Virus record (IMG/VR): IMGVR_UViG_3300029267_002377
Coordinates: 32,001 to 96,000 of that record
DNA from: a virus
Length of the DNA stretch: 64,000 nt
Strand: one strand, 5' to 3'
This document shows, in pieces, positions 1 to 8,593 of this stretch (positions are counted from its first letter, which is position 1; each line of letters opens with the position of its first letter). Both the position numbers and the translations under genes were made by a program. The notes beneath the pieces were generated by a model. That model had not been told where the DNA came from and made no database searches. It was given only the letters and a program-made list of their open reading frames with translations.

Positions 1-2
1 AC

Positions 3-293
3 AGAGAGCGGACGTCCATTTGGAGCTCTGGGCAGTATGTAAAAAAGGGACCGGCGGTTAGTGCAGATACTTTTGTAGTGTATACTGACAATGAGACCTG
101 GGCGGGTAGTATTCATCCCCAGCAGGCTTTGCAGAAGTATCGCAGGGAGACTGAGATCCCCGCTAAGCTAGTTGTTGTGGGGATGGTTAGCAATGGGTTT
201 TCAATTGCAGACCCCCAAGATGCTGGGATGCTCGACGTGGTGGGATTCGATACTGCTACCCCGCAGCTAATCAGTGACTTTGTGAAGGAGTAA
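3..293 (+). CDS. TROVE/Ro60 (Rsr-like) RNA-binding protein, C-terminal vWA part; 5'-truncated by window edge
   Basis: Frame is open from the window start. ADTFVVYTDNETWAG..HP..AL..YR...IPAKLVVVGM.SNGFSIADP.D.GMLDVVGFD matches the Ro60 C-terminus. Confidence 0.9.
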   Translation, partial: RERTSIWSSGQYVKKGPAVSADTFVVYTDNETWAGSIHPQQALQKYRRETEIPAKLVVVGMVSNGFSIADPQDAGMLDVVGFDTATPQLISDFVKE

Positions 294-296
294 CCA

Positions 297-605
297 ATGG
301 CAGTTTATAAAGGAACTAGAATCGAGCCACTACAGTGTGAAGTGACAGTTGACGGAGAGCCACTAGATCCCCGGCTGGACCTTTGGAACCACTCCCCAAC
401 AGGATTTGAGTGGGGTTATGGGGGTTCGGGTCCTGCTCAATTGGCACTGGCGATCCTGGCTCATCACTTGGGAGATGATGAAGAAGCAGTTCGTCTCCAT
501 CAGAGGTTCAAGTGGTTGGTTACTTCTGGTCTGGACCACGAAGGTTGGGAACTGACTTCTGGAGAAGTTGACACTGCAATCAAGTTTTTGAAAGAATCAG
601 ATTGA
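297..605 (+). CDS. DUF6166-like protein
   Basis: NHSPTGFEWGYGGSGPAQLALAIL motif. Confidence 0.75.
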   Translation: MAVYKGTRIEPLQCEVTVDGEPLDPRLDLWNHSPTGFEWGYGGSGPAQLALAILAHHLGDDEEAVRLHQRFKWLVTSGLDHEGWELTSGEVDTAIKFLKESD

Positions 606-628
606 GCAAAATTTTAAGATTGGGGCTA

Positions 629-656
629 TTGACAAACACTGATTCTATGTTATAAT
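629..656 (+). promoter_or_regulatory. sigma70-type promoter
   Basis: TTGACA-16 nt-TATAAT with extended -10 TG, followed by an AAGGAGG RBS. Confidence 0.85.
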
Positions 657-671
657 TGGTGTGAAGGAGGA

Positions 672-977
672 TTGATGGAGAAAAAGTGGGATTGGTTGGT
701 AAAGTTTTTATTGTCAGACGCAGATGCAGACCCAAATGACCTTGAGGTGTATGTTCTAGGCGAGGCTAAAGTTCAGGAAAAGCTTATTCAATGGATGCAC
801 TCGCTACATCCCAAGCACAAGGATCCGATGGTTGCGTACTACTGGAACGACGCCGAGAGAGACGACATGACTGCTCAGGGGATTTACCACGGTCGAATGG
901 CTCTTTGGGCAGCGTTGCGGTGGCCGCAGAGCATTCGCCTTGAGGAATTGAAGGAGCTGGTGTCAGTTGGAAATTAA
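672..977 (+). CDS. hypothetical protein
   Basis: ORF with strong RBS directly after the promoter. Confidence 0.7.
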   Translation: MMEKKWDWLVKFLLSDADADPNDLEVYVLGEAKVQEKLIQWMHSLHPKHKDPMVAYYWNDAERDDMTAQGIYHGRMALWAALRWPQSIRLEELKELVSVGN

Positions 978-1290
978 GACTGAAACTCAACCAGTGTACG
1001 AGGTGTGGGTGAACCGAGAGTCTGCTATTGAAGATGGGTCTGCTCACTTTTGGGTTGAGAAGTTTATTATGTATGTAGATCTGAAGGTCCGAGGGTCTGA
1101 GCTGCGGACAGGATATACTCTGTTCCCAAGGGGTCAGTGCATTGTCAAATTTGCTGTGGAGAATGAGGAACTGACCCCTGAGGACCTAGCGAAGATATTG
1201 GAACAGATGGTTCAGGCATTGACTGAGCCGTTTAGGATGTTTGTAAAAATTGAGGATAAGCAAGAGAACATGAGGAAGGAGGATTTCTAA
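967..1290 (+). CDS. hypothetical protein (ends EDF)
   Basis: Overlap-coupled ORF in the operon. Confidence 0.65.
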   Translation: MEIKTETQPVYEVWVNRESAIEDGSAHFWVEKFIMYVDLKVRGSELRTGYTLFPRGQCIVKFAVENEELTPEDLAKILEQMVQALTEPFRMFVKIEDKQENMRKEDF

Positions 1291-2519
1291 TGGGAATTGG
1301 TGGAGTACCGAGTCAAGAAGATATCGAACGAGCTGCTCAAGGAGCAGCTCGGCAGTGGGACGATGGTCAGTACACAGTTGTCGGTCTCAAATGGTTTGAT
1401 GACGAGCAGCACACCGACAATGGGCAGCCTATTTACGTCCCACAACAAGGAGAACTAGTTGCACGGGCTAGGCTTTTGGTCAAAGGAGAAGAGGATGACG
1501 GACCGCCAATAAGTGTCCGCCCGGGGCAGATCGTGGCTTTGGCAAGGGCACTGGGAGCTGAGGTAGACCGGAAGTGGCCGGACTCAATCAAGGACAGCTC
1601 TCGGTTCTTGACAGAAGTGGAAAGAGCGGTCGAAAAAGCTGACAAAGAAGTTGAAGTCACAGTCTCTGGTGGCTGGGTTTCGGATGTGCCTGGGTGGTCA
1701 TTGCCGAGAGATCAGTCGTTCCAACTGGTGTACTCAGGTTGTGAAACTAAAGATGAGGGAGGGAACCTGACCTGGCGAGACTATGGTTATGGTCGGTCTG
1801 TCATTTTCAAGTTTAAGATCATCGGCGACCTGGATGGAGATTCAACTCCATACGATGGTTGGGAGGAGCGTATCTTTGTCCCCTACCGTGTCGCTCCAGA
1901 TCCTGAAAATCCAGATATGCCGACCTTTGTCATTGACGAAGGAGACGATGGGCGCAATACAGCCCAAGTCAACTGCTACAATTTAATCCAGGCAATGTGT
2001 CCAGCTCTTCTTGAGAATGAGGGCTGGTCGGATGTAAACAATGTCGTTCCTGAGTGGGACCAGTTTGCTCGGGAGGCCAGTGTCATTCTCAAGGGGGATA
2101 CGATCTGGAGCAAGCGGGCCAATAAGGTCAAACTCCCTATCTGGATGATTAAGCAACGGTATAAGGATGGGCGGTCGGTTGAGGAAGAAGAAGCGGTCGA
2201 GGAGCAAGAAGAGGAAGTCATCGAACAAGCTCCTTCTGTCGAACACCTCTACCAAGCTATGACTGAAGAAGTCCGGAAGCGGACAAAGAAGACAGCAAAA
2301 GCTTTCGGTCCTGATGGTAAACTTAATAAAGCTGGTATTGACATTGCTCGTGAGGTCTTTGCTCCCTTGATCGAGAAAAAAGAGTTACCCGGCAATGTTT
2401 TCGCCGAGTGGTCAGATGAGCATGTTGTCATCGCTTTGGAGGCTATGGGGTACAAAGACATAGCTAAGATGGTTCAGGAGAACTATGTCGAAAAGCCAGA
2501 CGAGGGAGCCGATTTTTAG
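1290..2519 (+). CDS. hypothetical protein, possibly ssDNA-binding/recombination protein
   Basis: 409 aa, acidic, acidic-aromatic tail (EKPDEGADF), replication-module context. Function is inferred. Confidence 0.55.
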   Translation: MGIGGVPSQEDIERAAQGAARQWDDGQYTVVGLKWFDDEQHTDNGQPIYVPQQGELVARARLLVKGEEDDGPPISVRPGQIVALARALGAEVDRKWPDSIKDSSRFLTEVERAVEKADKEVEVTVSGGWVSDVPGWSLPRDQSFQLVYSGCETKDEGGNLTWRDYGYGRSVIFKFKIIGDLDGDSTPYDGWEERIFVPYRVAPDPENPDMPTFVIDEGDDGRNTAQVNCYNLIQAMCPALLENEGWSDVNNVVPEWDQFAREASVILKGDTIWSKRANKVKLPIWMIKQRYKDGRSVEEEEAVEEQEEEVIEQAPSVEHLYQAMTEEVRKRTKKTAKAFGPDGKLNKAGIDIAREVFAPLIEKKELPGNVFAEWSDEHVVIALEAMGYKDIAKMVQENYVEKPDEGADF

Positions 2520-2859
2520 GCGAAACCAAATAGATTACTCTCCTCCTTTCATTGTTGACGGGTCGGATCCAATCGGCCTGACCGAGGGTAAACGGTCCGA
2601 CCCGTCCAGTGTTTATTTTGAGTACCCCGACGATCTTTTACCCTTAACTCCTTGGAAGTTGACGGGGTGGTTGAAGGAGTGCCACAAAGAGGCGGGGTTA
2701 AAGTTTCTGGAACCATTTGGCAGACATCTAAAGCCTGCGAAGAAACTTATGGCTAAGCATGGGTACGATGATCTGATTCGAGCGGTGAAGAGAGCCAGTC
2801 AACTTTCGAGGTTCCCTTTTACTTTTCGGTTTGTAGAAAGGATTATCAATGAGCACTAG
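2485..2859 (+). CDS. hypothetical protein
   Basis: Packed ORF in the operon. Confidence 0.55.
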   Translation: MSKSQTREPIFRRNQIDYSPPFIVDGSDPIGLTEGKRSDPSSVYFEYPDDLLPLTPWKLTGWLKECHKEAGLKFLEPFGRHLKPAKKLMAKHGYDDLIRAVKRASQLSRFPFTFRFVERIINEH

Positions 2860-3217
2860 CTTCTTGATGGTTTTGGTTTATTTGTCGGTAACTGCAGCGA
2901 TAATCTGGCGGTTGGAAGTAATCTCCAATAAACTGGATCAGGCTAGGTTAGCTTATTTTGATAGCTACCAGAGAGCATCTAGCAAACGATACAAACCTTA
3001 CAAGCTAATCATCGCCGGCAACTATGGGCAGTTTAGGAACTGGGTTCAATCCCATGTTGTCAACGTCTTTGGAGAGCAGCACTTCATAAGGAGAGACCTT
3101 GATGAGGTTGAGTTTATCAAGGTGGGGGATTGGAGGGCGAATCCAAACCTTGACCGGTTGCAGGAACTTATGACCAAGGAGCAGTGGGAGCAATTTCTAA
3201 ATGACCCTGTATATTAA
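2849..3217 (+). CDS. hypothetical protein with N-terminal TM helix
   Basis: Hydrophobic N-terminus; overlaps neighbours. Confidence 0.55.
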   Translation: MSTSFLMVLVYLSVTAAIIWRLEVISNKLDQARLAYFDSYQRASSKRYKPYKLIIAGNYGQFRNWVQSHVVNVFGEQHFIRRDLDEVEFIKVGDWRANPNLDRLQELMTKEQWEQFLNDPVY

Positions 3218-4211
3218 ATACCGCCCCTCAGAATGGTCAGAAGTAGCGGCCCAAAACCACATAGTCACTCCCCTGATGAACGCCCTCAAAAGAGGCGAAG
3301 TTGCTCAAACTCTTTTGTTCACCGGACGGCATGGGACAGGCAAGACCACAGTAGCTCGGATCCTAGCCGAGAAGTTGGGAGCAAAAGGGACTGATATTGT
3401 TGAGATTGACGCGGCCTCAAACCGAGGAATAGACGACGCCCGTCGTCTAAAAGAGGAAAGCTTTTTCATCCCCATCCACGGGGAGACAAAGGTTTTCATC
3501 ATTGACGAATGTCACATGTTAACGAAAGAGGCCAACAATGCCCTACTGAAGATCCTCGAAGAACCACCGCAAGGAGTTTATTTCGTTTTGTGTACAACAG
3601 AAATCTCAAAGATCCCCGCAACTATTAAATCTAGGTGCCAGCAGCACAGTTTTAAACCTATTGGGAGTACCGCTATTGAGGAAAGACTCCAGTTGATCTG
3701 TGAGAAGGAAGGGATTGAGTTTGAAAATGATGCTCTTCATATGATTGCTCGGCAGGTACAAGGTTCAATGCGTGATGGCATCTCAGTGCTGGATCTCCTC
3801 TCCAACTTTGGGTTTGTCAGCACAACAAAGACAAAAGAAGTGCTAGGGATGGCTGATATTGCTCTGGTTAGAAAAATGATAAGCTCACTTGCAAGCGAGC
3901 AGCTGGACTTGTGTTTAAACACAGTGGCCGAGGTGACAACCAGTGGAGTTAATTTGAAAGAATTCTGTTCTCAGGTGACTCAATATTTTCACGAACTATT
4001 ACTTATACAGGCAGGACAAGGCGATCAAGCAGTAATTGCTAATGCAGAGGACGCTAAAAGGTTTAGTTATCAAGGAGTAGTTAAGGCGGTTGAGATTTGG
4101 AATGCTTCTGGTAACAACCTTCACAAATATGCCTGGCCGGAGCTAGAATTGGAACTTGCTGCTATTGAGTGCTTGGATTATGGCATATCCTCAATACAAG
4201 GAGATTTCTAG
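3201..4211 (+). CDS. dnaX: clamp loader, DNA polymerase III gamma/tau-like
   Basis: LYIKYRP, Walker A GRHGTGKTT, EIDAASNRG, IIDECHML, ALLKILEEPP, SRC motifs. Confidence 0.95.
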   Translation: MTLYIKYRPSEWSEVAAQNHIVTPLMNALKRGEVAQTLLFTGRHGTGKTTVARILAEKLGAKGTDIVEIDAASNRGIDDARRLKEESFFIPIHGETKVFIIDECHMLTKEANNALLKILEEPPQGVYFVLCTTEISKIPATIKSRCQQHSFKPIGSTAIEERLQLICEKEGIEFENDALHMIARQVQGSMRDGISVLDLLSNFGFVSTTKTKEVLGMADIALVRKMISSLASEQLDLCLNTVAEVTTSGVNLKEFCSQVTQYFHELLLIQAGQGDQAVIANAEDAKRFSYQGVVKAVEIWNASGNNLHKYAWPELELELAAIECLDYGISSIQGDF

Positions 4212-4290
4212 GTATGGCAAGGCTTGACTCGGTGGGGCTTGACGTGGCGTGGTCAGGCAGTGCACAGTAAGGCTAGGCACGGTTTGGCAG
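4211..4290 (+). repeat. GGY-NN pentamer array A (16 units)
   Basis: ggtat ggcaa ggctt gactc ggtgg ggctt gacgt ggcgt ggtca ggcag tgcac agtaa ggcta ggcac ggttt ggcag, then ggg. Confidence 0.9.
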
Positions 4291-4324
4291 GGGGTAAGAA
4301 GGCATCATTTTTATTGATGTTCGA

Positions 4325-4389
4325 GGCCGGCTGTGGTAGGGTGGGGCGGGATTTGTTATGGTGAGGTGGGGCGAGGTTGGGCCGGGCAA
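4325..4389 (+). repeat. GGY-NN pentamer array B (13 units)
   Basis: ggccg gctgt ggtag ggtgg ggcgg gattt gttat ggtga ggtgg ggcga ggttg ggccg ggcaa, then gg. Confidence 0.88.
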
Positions 4390-4418
4390 GGAACATTATC
4401 AAAGGGGGTAAATTCTAT

Positions 4419-4904
4419 GTGAGCGATTGGAGACAGAAAGTCTTAGAAAGGGACAGCTTTGAGTGTCAGTTATCAAAGTTGTTCGGAATCACTGAACTGA
4501 CTGGTGTACCTTGTTCAGAGGAGTTAGAAGTACACCATAAAACATACAAAAGGTATGGATACGAACTCCTCAAAGATGGAATAACCGTTTGTAGGCGGTG
4601 CCATGACATTCTAACTGATGGGATAAGACGAGAGCGCTATTTGGCTCGAGATATTACTCCCCAAAGAGAAAGAAAAGTCAAAGTGGTTACACCGCCCGAA
4701 AGGAAAAAGAAAAGTGAAAAAGTTGAACTTTACAATCGTAGGAATAGCACCTCTGCTGATGCACAACGGGCGGCTGGCAGACAGAGACGACCCGTACGCT
4801 CGAAAGATGGGGGAGATCACATCCAAGAGGAAAAAGACCGACGCCGACTTCGAAGAGCTGGATCGCTTAGCCTTCCTAGGCGCCCTCTACCTGGACGAAA
4901 ATGA
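4419..4904 (+). CDS. HNH endonuclease
   Basis: R..VLERD.F.CQ...C...LEVHH...D.ITVCRRCH. Likely GTG start at 4419 after AAGGGGGT; the 3' tail overlaps the next gene. Confidence 0.8.
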   Translation: MSDWRQKVLERDSFECQLSKLFGITELTGVPCSEELEVHHKTYKRYGYELLKDGITVCRRCHDILTDGIRRERYLARDITPQRERKVKVVTPPERKKKSEKVELYNRRNSTSADAQRAAGRQRRPVRSKDGGDHIQEEKDRRRLRRAGSLSLPRRPLPGRK

Positions 4905-5292
4905 TGAACCCTGTATACCTAGCTATGTATTCGAGGCTTGCATTATCGGAAAGGGTGGAGCTGCTAGGAAAGAGAGAATGGGCAAGGAATCCGCAGCGGC
5001 TTTCTGGGTTCTAGATGATGCTCCACTGAAGTATGAAGGCTCTAGGATTCCACAGGAACTACAAAAGAACAAGAAGTTTGTATTTGAGGCCCTTGTAAAT
5101 GTTGGGCAAAGCAAGGTTAAGCGGATACGACCTATTTTCAAACAGTGGTCGGCTGATATTACTGCTGAGTTCAATGAGAACCTCTTGGATGAGGAAGCCG
5201 TTAGGCGGTGGATTGAGGTTGCTGGTGAGCAGGTGGGACTAATGGACTGGCGACCTCGGTTTGGTCGGTTCACTGTTGAGTGGAAGGATTAG
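4714..5292 (+). CDS. stand-alone RAMP/Cas7-like RNA-binding protein (Vipr-like)
   Basis: N-terminal strand LNFTIVGIAPLLMHN, PCIPS motif (cf. RAMP PxIPGSS), C-terminal G-loop AGEQVGLMDWRPRFGRF; flanked on both sides by pentamer arrays. Confidence 0.75.
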   Translation: MKKLNFTIVGIAPLLMHNGRLADRDDPYARKMGEITSKRKKTDADFEELDRLAFLGALYLDENDEPCIPSYVFEACIIGKGGAARKERMGKESAAAFWVLDDAPLKYEGSRIPQELQKNKKFVFEALVNVGQSKVKRIRPIFKQWSADITAEFNENLLDEEAVRRWIEVAGEQVGLMDWRPRFGRFTVEWKD

Positions 5293-5297
5293 TGAAA

Positions 5298-5332
5298 TTG
5301 GTGAGTATGGGTTCGATTCCTATACTCGCCAA
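5298..5332 (+). ncRNA. T-loop hairpin (tRNA minihelix-like) leading arrays C/D
   Basis: TTGGTGAGTATGGG-TTCGATT-CCTATACTCGCCAA: 14-bp stem (2 G-U) with a canonical 7-nt T-loop. Confidence 0.6.
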
Positions 5333-5339
5333 ATCTCGA

Positions 5340-5419
5340 GGCTGGGTTTGGCTCGCTCCGGCAGGGTAGGACAAGATCAGGTCGGGCTAGGTCAGGTATG
5401 GCGGGCCCCGGCTAGGCAG
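5340..5419 (+). repeat. GGY-NN pentamer array C (16 units)
   Basis: ggctg ggttt ggctc gctcc ggcag ggtag gacaa gatca ggtcg ggcta ggtca ggtat ggcgg gcccc ggcta ggcag, then ggg. Confidence 0.9.
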
Positions 5420-5446
5420 GGGATTTTCAATCATCTACAAAACCAA

Positions 5447-5526
5447 GGCGTGGACCGGCCCGGTAAGGTGGGGCAGAGCTCGGCAAGACGAGGTTCGCCT
5501 GGGCATGTTCAGGCTGGCCAAGGCAA
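5447..5526 (+). repeat. GGY-NN pentamer array D (16 units)
   Basis: ggcgt ggacc ggccc ggtaa ggtgg ggcag agctc ggcaa gacga ggttc gcctg ggcat gttca ggctg gccaa ggcaa, then ggg. Confidence 0.9.
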
Positions 5527-5530
5527 GGGT

Positions 5531-6415
5531 ATGTTAACTTCAGCATCCGCCATCTCCCAATTTGTCAAACTACAGCCGTCAGGTGAACGTCTCACTGGGC
5601 TTTGTCCCTTTCACAACGACGAAGTTAGTAGTTTAGTTGTTTACCCGGGAGACCGTGGTTGGTACTGCTTCGGTTGTGGTCGTGGGGGTGGAGTTATTCA
5701 ATTCCTCATAGAAAGGGGAATGACCTACTCCCAAGCCAAGCAATGGTGCGACCTAAGAGAAGGCAAGATCCCCGAACCGCAGTTCACCCCACAGTTCAAA
5801 AAGAAAAAGAAAGCCAAACCTTCTCACCAGGTTGTAGATTACTGGCATTCGCTTCTAGGAGATCACAGAGAATATTTTCATTCAAGGTTGTTAACAGATG
5901 AAACAATTAACAAATACCGACTTGGGTGGACAGGTATACGTTTCTCAATTCCCTTCTGGTCAAGGGAACCGGGTAATAGCCAAGTTGTAGCAGTTCAAAG
6001 TAGGAGGAACAGTGGTGGAGGACCAAAGTACAGGTGGGAGTTGGGGAGTCAGCCTCATGTATTCAACTTGGGTGATGTTAAGGGATCTGGAACTATTTTG
6101 GTCTTTTTCTCAACGTTGGATGCGCTCTTGGCAAGACAGGACGGATTACGAGCGGTCGCAGCTCCTGGACAGACAGTGGGAGTTTCGTCGTGCCGTGCTG
6201 AGCTCGCCTCAAAAACGAAGGATATGCTAGGATCTAGGGATATGATTGTCATTCCTGACCGAGGAGAGGAGCAGATGGGTTATAAGCTAGCTCATCTCCT
6301 AAGTTGTGAAGTGTTTGAGTGGCCGGAAGGTCTGTTCACAGATTATTGTGAGTTTCGTTTACAGAATGAAGCGAGAATTTTTAAAAATTTATTGGGAGGG
6401 TATTATGGCGACTGA
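5531..6415 (+). CDS. DNA primase-like protein (CHC2 zinc finger + degenerate TOPRIM)
   Basis: GLCPFHND...WYCFGCGRGG zinc finger. The real start is probably ATG 5531; the upstream part of the listed ORF is translated repeat. Confidence 0.85.
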   Translation: MLTSASAISQFVKLQPSGERLTGLCPFHNDEVSSLVVYPGDRGWYCFGCGRGGGVIQFLIERGMTYSQAKQWCDLREGKIPEPQFTPQFKKKKKAKPSHQVVDYWHSLLGDHREYFHSRLLTDETINKYRLGWTGIRFSIPFWSREPGNSQVVAVQSRRNSGGGPKYRWELGSQPHVFNLGDVKGSGTILVFFSTLDALLARQDGLRAVAAPGQTVGVSSCRAELASKTKDMLGSRDMIVIPDRGEEQMGYKLAHLLSCEVFEWPEGLFTDYCEFRLQNEARIFKNLLGGYYGD

Positions 6416-6602
6416 TAGAGAGCTAATTGACTTTAAAAATTTGGCGACGAGCTCAAAAGTACTAGAGGAGCCAGATGAGGAGCAAGCCGCAATTAACGGT
6501 CAGTTTTTTGTGGAGGCTATTGATCTAGTCCCGGCGCTAGTTGATGAGGTTATAAGTTATAGAAAATTCCAACGAGTTAAGCTTTTCGACGATGAGTATT
6601 AA
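6405..6602 (+). CDS. hypothetical protein
   Basis: ATG at 6405 after a GGAGGG RBS. Confidence 0.55.
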   Translation: MATDRELIDFKNLATSSKVLEEPDEEQAAINGQFFVEAIDLVPALVDEVISYRKFQRVKLFDDEY

Positions 6603-6728
6603 AAATGGATCCAAACTGGTATGGTTGTCAAACCTGCGCAAAAAAAGAAGAGTGCGACTTAGTACCTAAGAAAACAGAGGGAAAGAAGACCTTGCTATGG
6701 CCTATGACATATTGTCCGGAGCGTGTAG

Positions 6729-8183
6729 ATGAAAGTCGCAGATTACGAGAGGGCGGTGATAGCGGGGATTCTGCTAAACCCGAGTGAGTTGCTAAATCCA
6801 ATAGCAGCTGAACTGTCAGAAGACAAGTTCGGCTATGGGCCAGGTCACGAAAGAGCAGACAGTCACAAGTTAATATATCAAGGAATACTGGACTTAAAAA
6901 TCAATAAGAAACCTATAGACCTGGCCAACCTTGAAAAACAACTAGGCGACACTCTAGAGATGGCAGGAGGTTCAGTATATTTGAGAAGCATACTGGATGT
7001 TCCTGAAAAATTGAGATTGTCAATAAATAGACCTGCGGTATTTAGTTGGGCGCAGGTAGTGGACGATGCGGGTCGACTGAGACATTTGGGAATGGTGATT
7101 GACACTTACCACCAAAAGTATCAGGATTTTGAGAATCTTGTATCAACTGTCTCCGATGTGGATGCTTTTATGAGTGACGTGGTGGGAGATATTCAAAAAG
7201 CGCAGGGGTTGCTGAGGCATGAGTATAGACCATTCCGAGAGGGTGTGGAGGAGTTTAGGCGGCACTTGGCGCATAACATCGTGGGAGAGGTTACACAGAT
7301 ACTTCCTATGGGATGGCCAGCGCTTTTTCAAATGGGGATACCTCCGAAGCAGGGCTTAATGGTGATCTCAGGGCTTGAGGGCTCGGGCAAGACTCAGTTG
7401 CTCCTACAGATTCTCCTAGGCCGAGTAATTCAGATGAAAGCCAACAACCAACCAGGTTGCGTCGCGTTCAATTCGTACGAGATGCCGGGGTGGAAGTTAG
7501 CAAAGAGGTTAGCGTGTTGCCTGGCGGGGGTAGATGGGCACCAACTGGCATTGGGACAGTATGAAGAAGACAGCGATGAAGTTCGGCGAGTTCAGGAGGC
7601 TTTGGAGTTTCTTGAGACTTTACCAATTTACTATGATGATTCTCAAATGATGACCTCAGATGCTATTCACTGGCAATCAAACGCCTTACATGCCAATTGT
7701 GGGCCACTGACAGATTTGGGAATTGATTATGCTGAGCTGGTTCCCGATAAAGCAGAAACAGAGGAGTTGAGGGTATCTAGAATCTATAAAAACGCAGCAA
7801 GGTTGGTTGCGATTGGTGCTACATCGTACATGGTGTCCCAACTCAACCGAGGGGCACAGATGACTACTTCAAAACTGGGGGGCAAGGGTAGATTGCGCTA
7901 CACCGGAGTTGCTCAGCATGTGTCTCATGCCATCGGGGAGTTGTATAATATACCCGCTATGCTTGCTGCGGGGGAGGAGTTCTCTATCCCCGATGAGTAC
8001 GATAAAGACAAGGCTTATTTTATTTTGGAAAAGAACCGAGATGGCCCAACAGGGGCGATTCCTTTGACCTGGGATGGACCTTGCACGAGATTTGCTGATG
8101 ACTCATTATCAAAGAAGTTTGGACCGTCTTCGTTGTATGAAAATCTAGACAGAGTAAGATCAATGACAGTAGGAGATTTTTAA
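6729..8183 (+). CDS. dnaB: replicative DNA helicase, DnaB-like
   Basis: N-terminal ERAVIAGILL, Walker A GLEGSGKT, SYEM, IDY, SQLNR, KNRDGPTG motifs. Confidence 0.92.
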   Translation: MKVADYERAVIAGILLNPSELLNPIAAELSEDKFGYGPGHERADSHKLIYQGILDLKINKKPIDLANLEKQLGDTLEMAGGSVYLRSILDVPEKLRLSINRPAVFSWAQVVDDAGRLRHLGMVIDTYHQKYQDFENLVSTVSDVDAFMSDVVGDIQKAQGLLRHEYRPFREGVEEFRRHLAHNIVGEVTQILPMGWPALFQMGIPPKQGLMVISGLEGSGKTQLLLQILLGRVIQMKANNQPGCVAFNSYEMPGWKLAKRLACCLAGVDGHQLALGQYEEDSDEVRRVQEALEFLETLPIYYDDSQMMTSDAIHWQSNALHANCGPLTDLGIDYAELVPDKAETEELRVSRIYKNAARLVAIGATSYMVSQLNRGAQMTTSKLGGKGRLRYTGVAQHVSHAIGELYNIPAMLAAGEEFSIPDEYDKDKAYFILEKNRDGPTGAIPLTWDGPCTRFADDSLSKKFGPSSLYENLDRVRSMTVGDF

Positions 8184-8453
8184 GTGCCGAGGATTGTGGT
8201 GACAATAGCTCTACTAATAATTGTTTTCCTTATGAGTTGTGCTCCATCTCCAGGAGGTCCAAGTTATTGTAACTCTTTATGGGCCGATTGTCCAGGAGTG
8301 GTAAACGACTACATGATCTGTAGTAGGGCAAAAGACCTGGAACAAGAAGTTCACGGAGACACAAGGTTTTTCAGTTATTACAACTGCAACATAAACCGCC
8401 GCACCCCTACACTGTCTGTTCCTGTAGAATGTGATGTTAGATTTAAGTATTGA
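8184..8453 (+). CDS. small lipoprotein
   Basis: Signal peptide with lipobox-like LMSC. Confidence 0.55.
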   Translation: MPRIVVTIALLIIVFLMSCAPSPGGPSYCNSLWADCPGVVNDYMICSRAKDLEQEVHGDTRFFSYYNCNINRRTPTLSVPVECDVRFKY

Positions 8454-8593
8454 GAAGGATTGAAAATGTACGCTAAGGTTGCTACTGAGACTCGTGTGGG
8501 CCCAGTGGTTTGGAAAGGGATGTTTGAGTTTTCTGTTAGACATATAATTGCTTCTATCTGTATACTATTTTTTGCAGGAGTCCTGAGAGACCT

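Noticed and set aside
4211-5526. Arrays as CRISPR, microsatellite or G-quadruplex
   Set aside because: No repeat-spacer structure or cas1/cas2. Units are not homogenised as slippage repeats would be. G4 potential does not explain the strict period, the Y at position 3 or the similar lengths.
5261-5530. N-terminal 90 aa of the ORF-track primase (LGLARSGRVGQ...)
   Set aside because: Translation of the hairpin and pentamer arrays; the primase-like sequence begins at ATG 5531.
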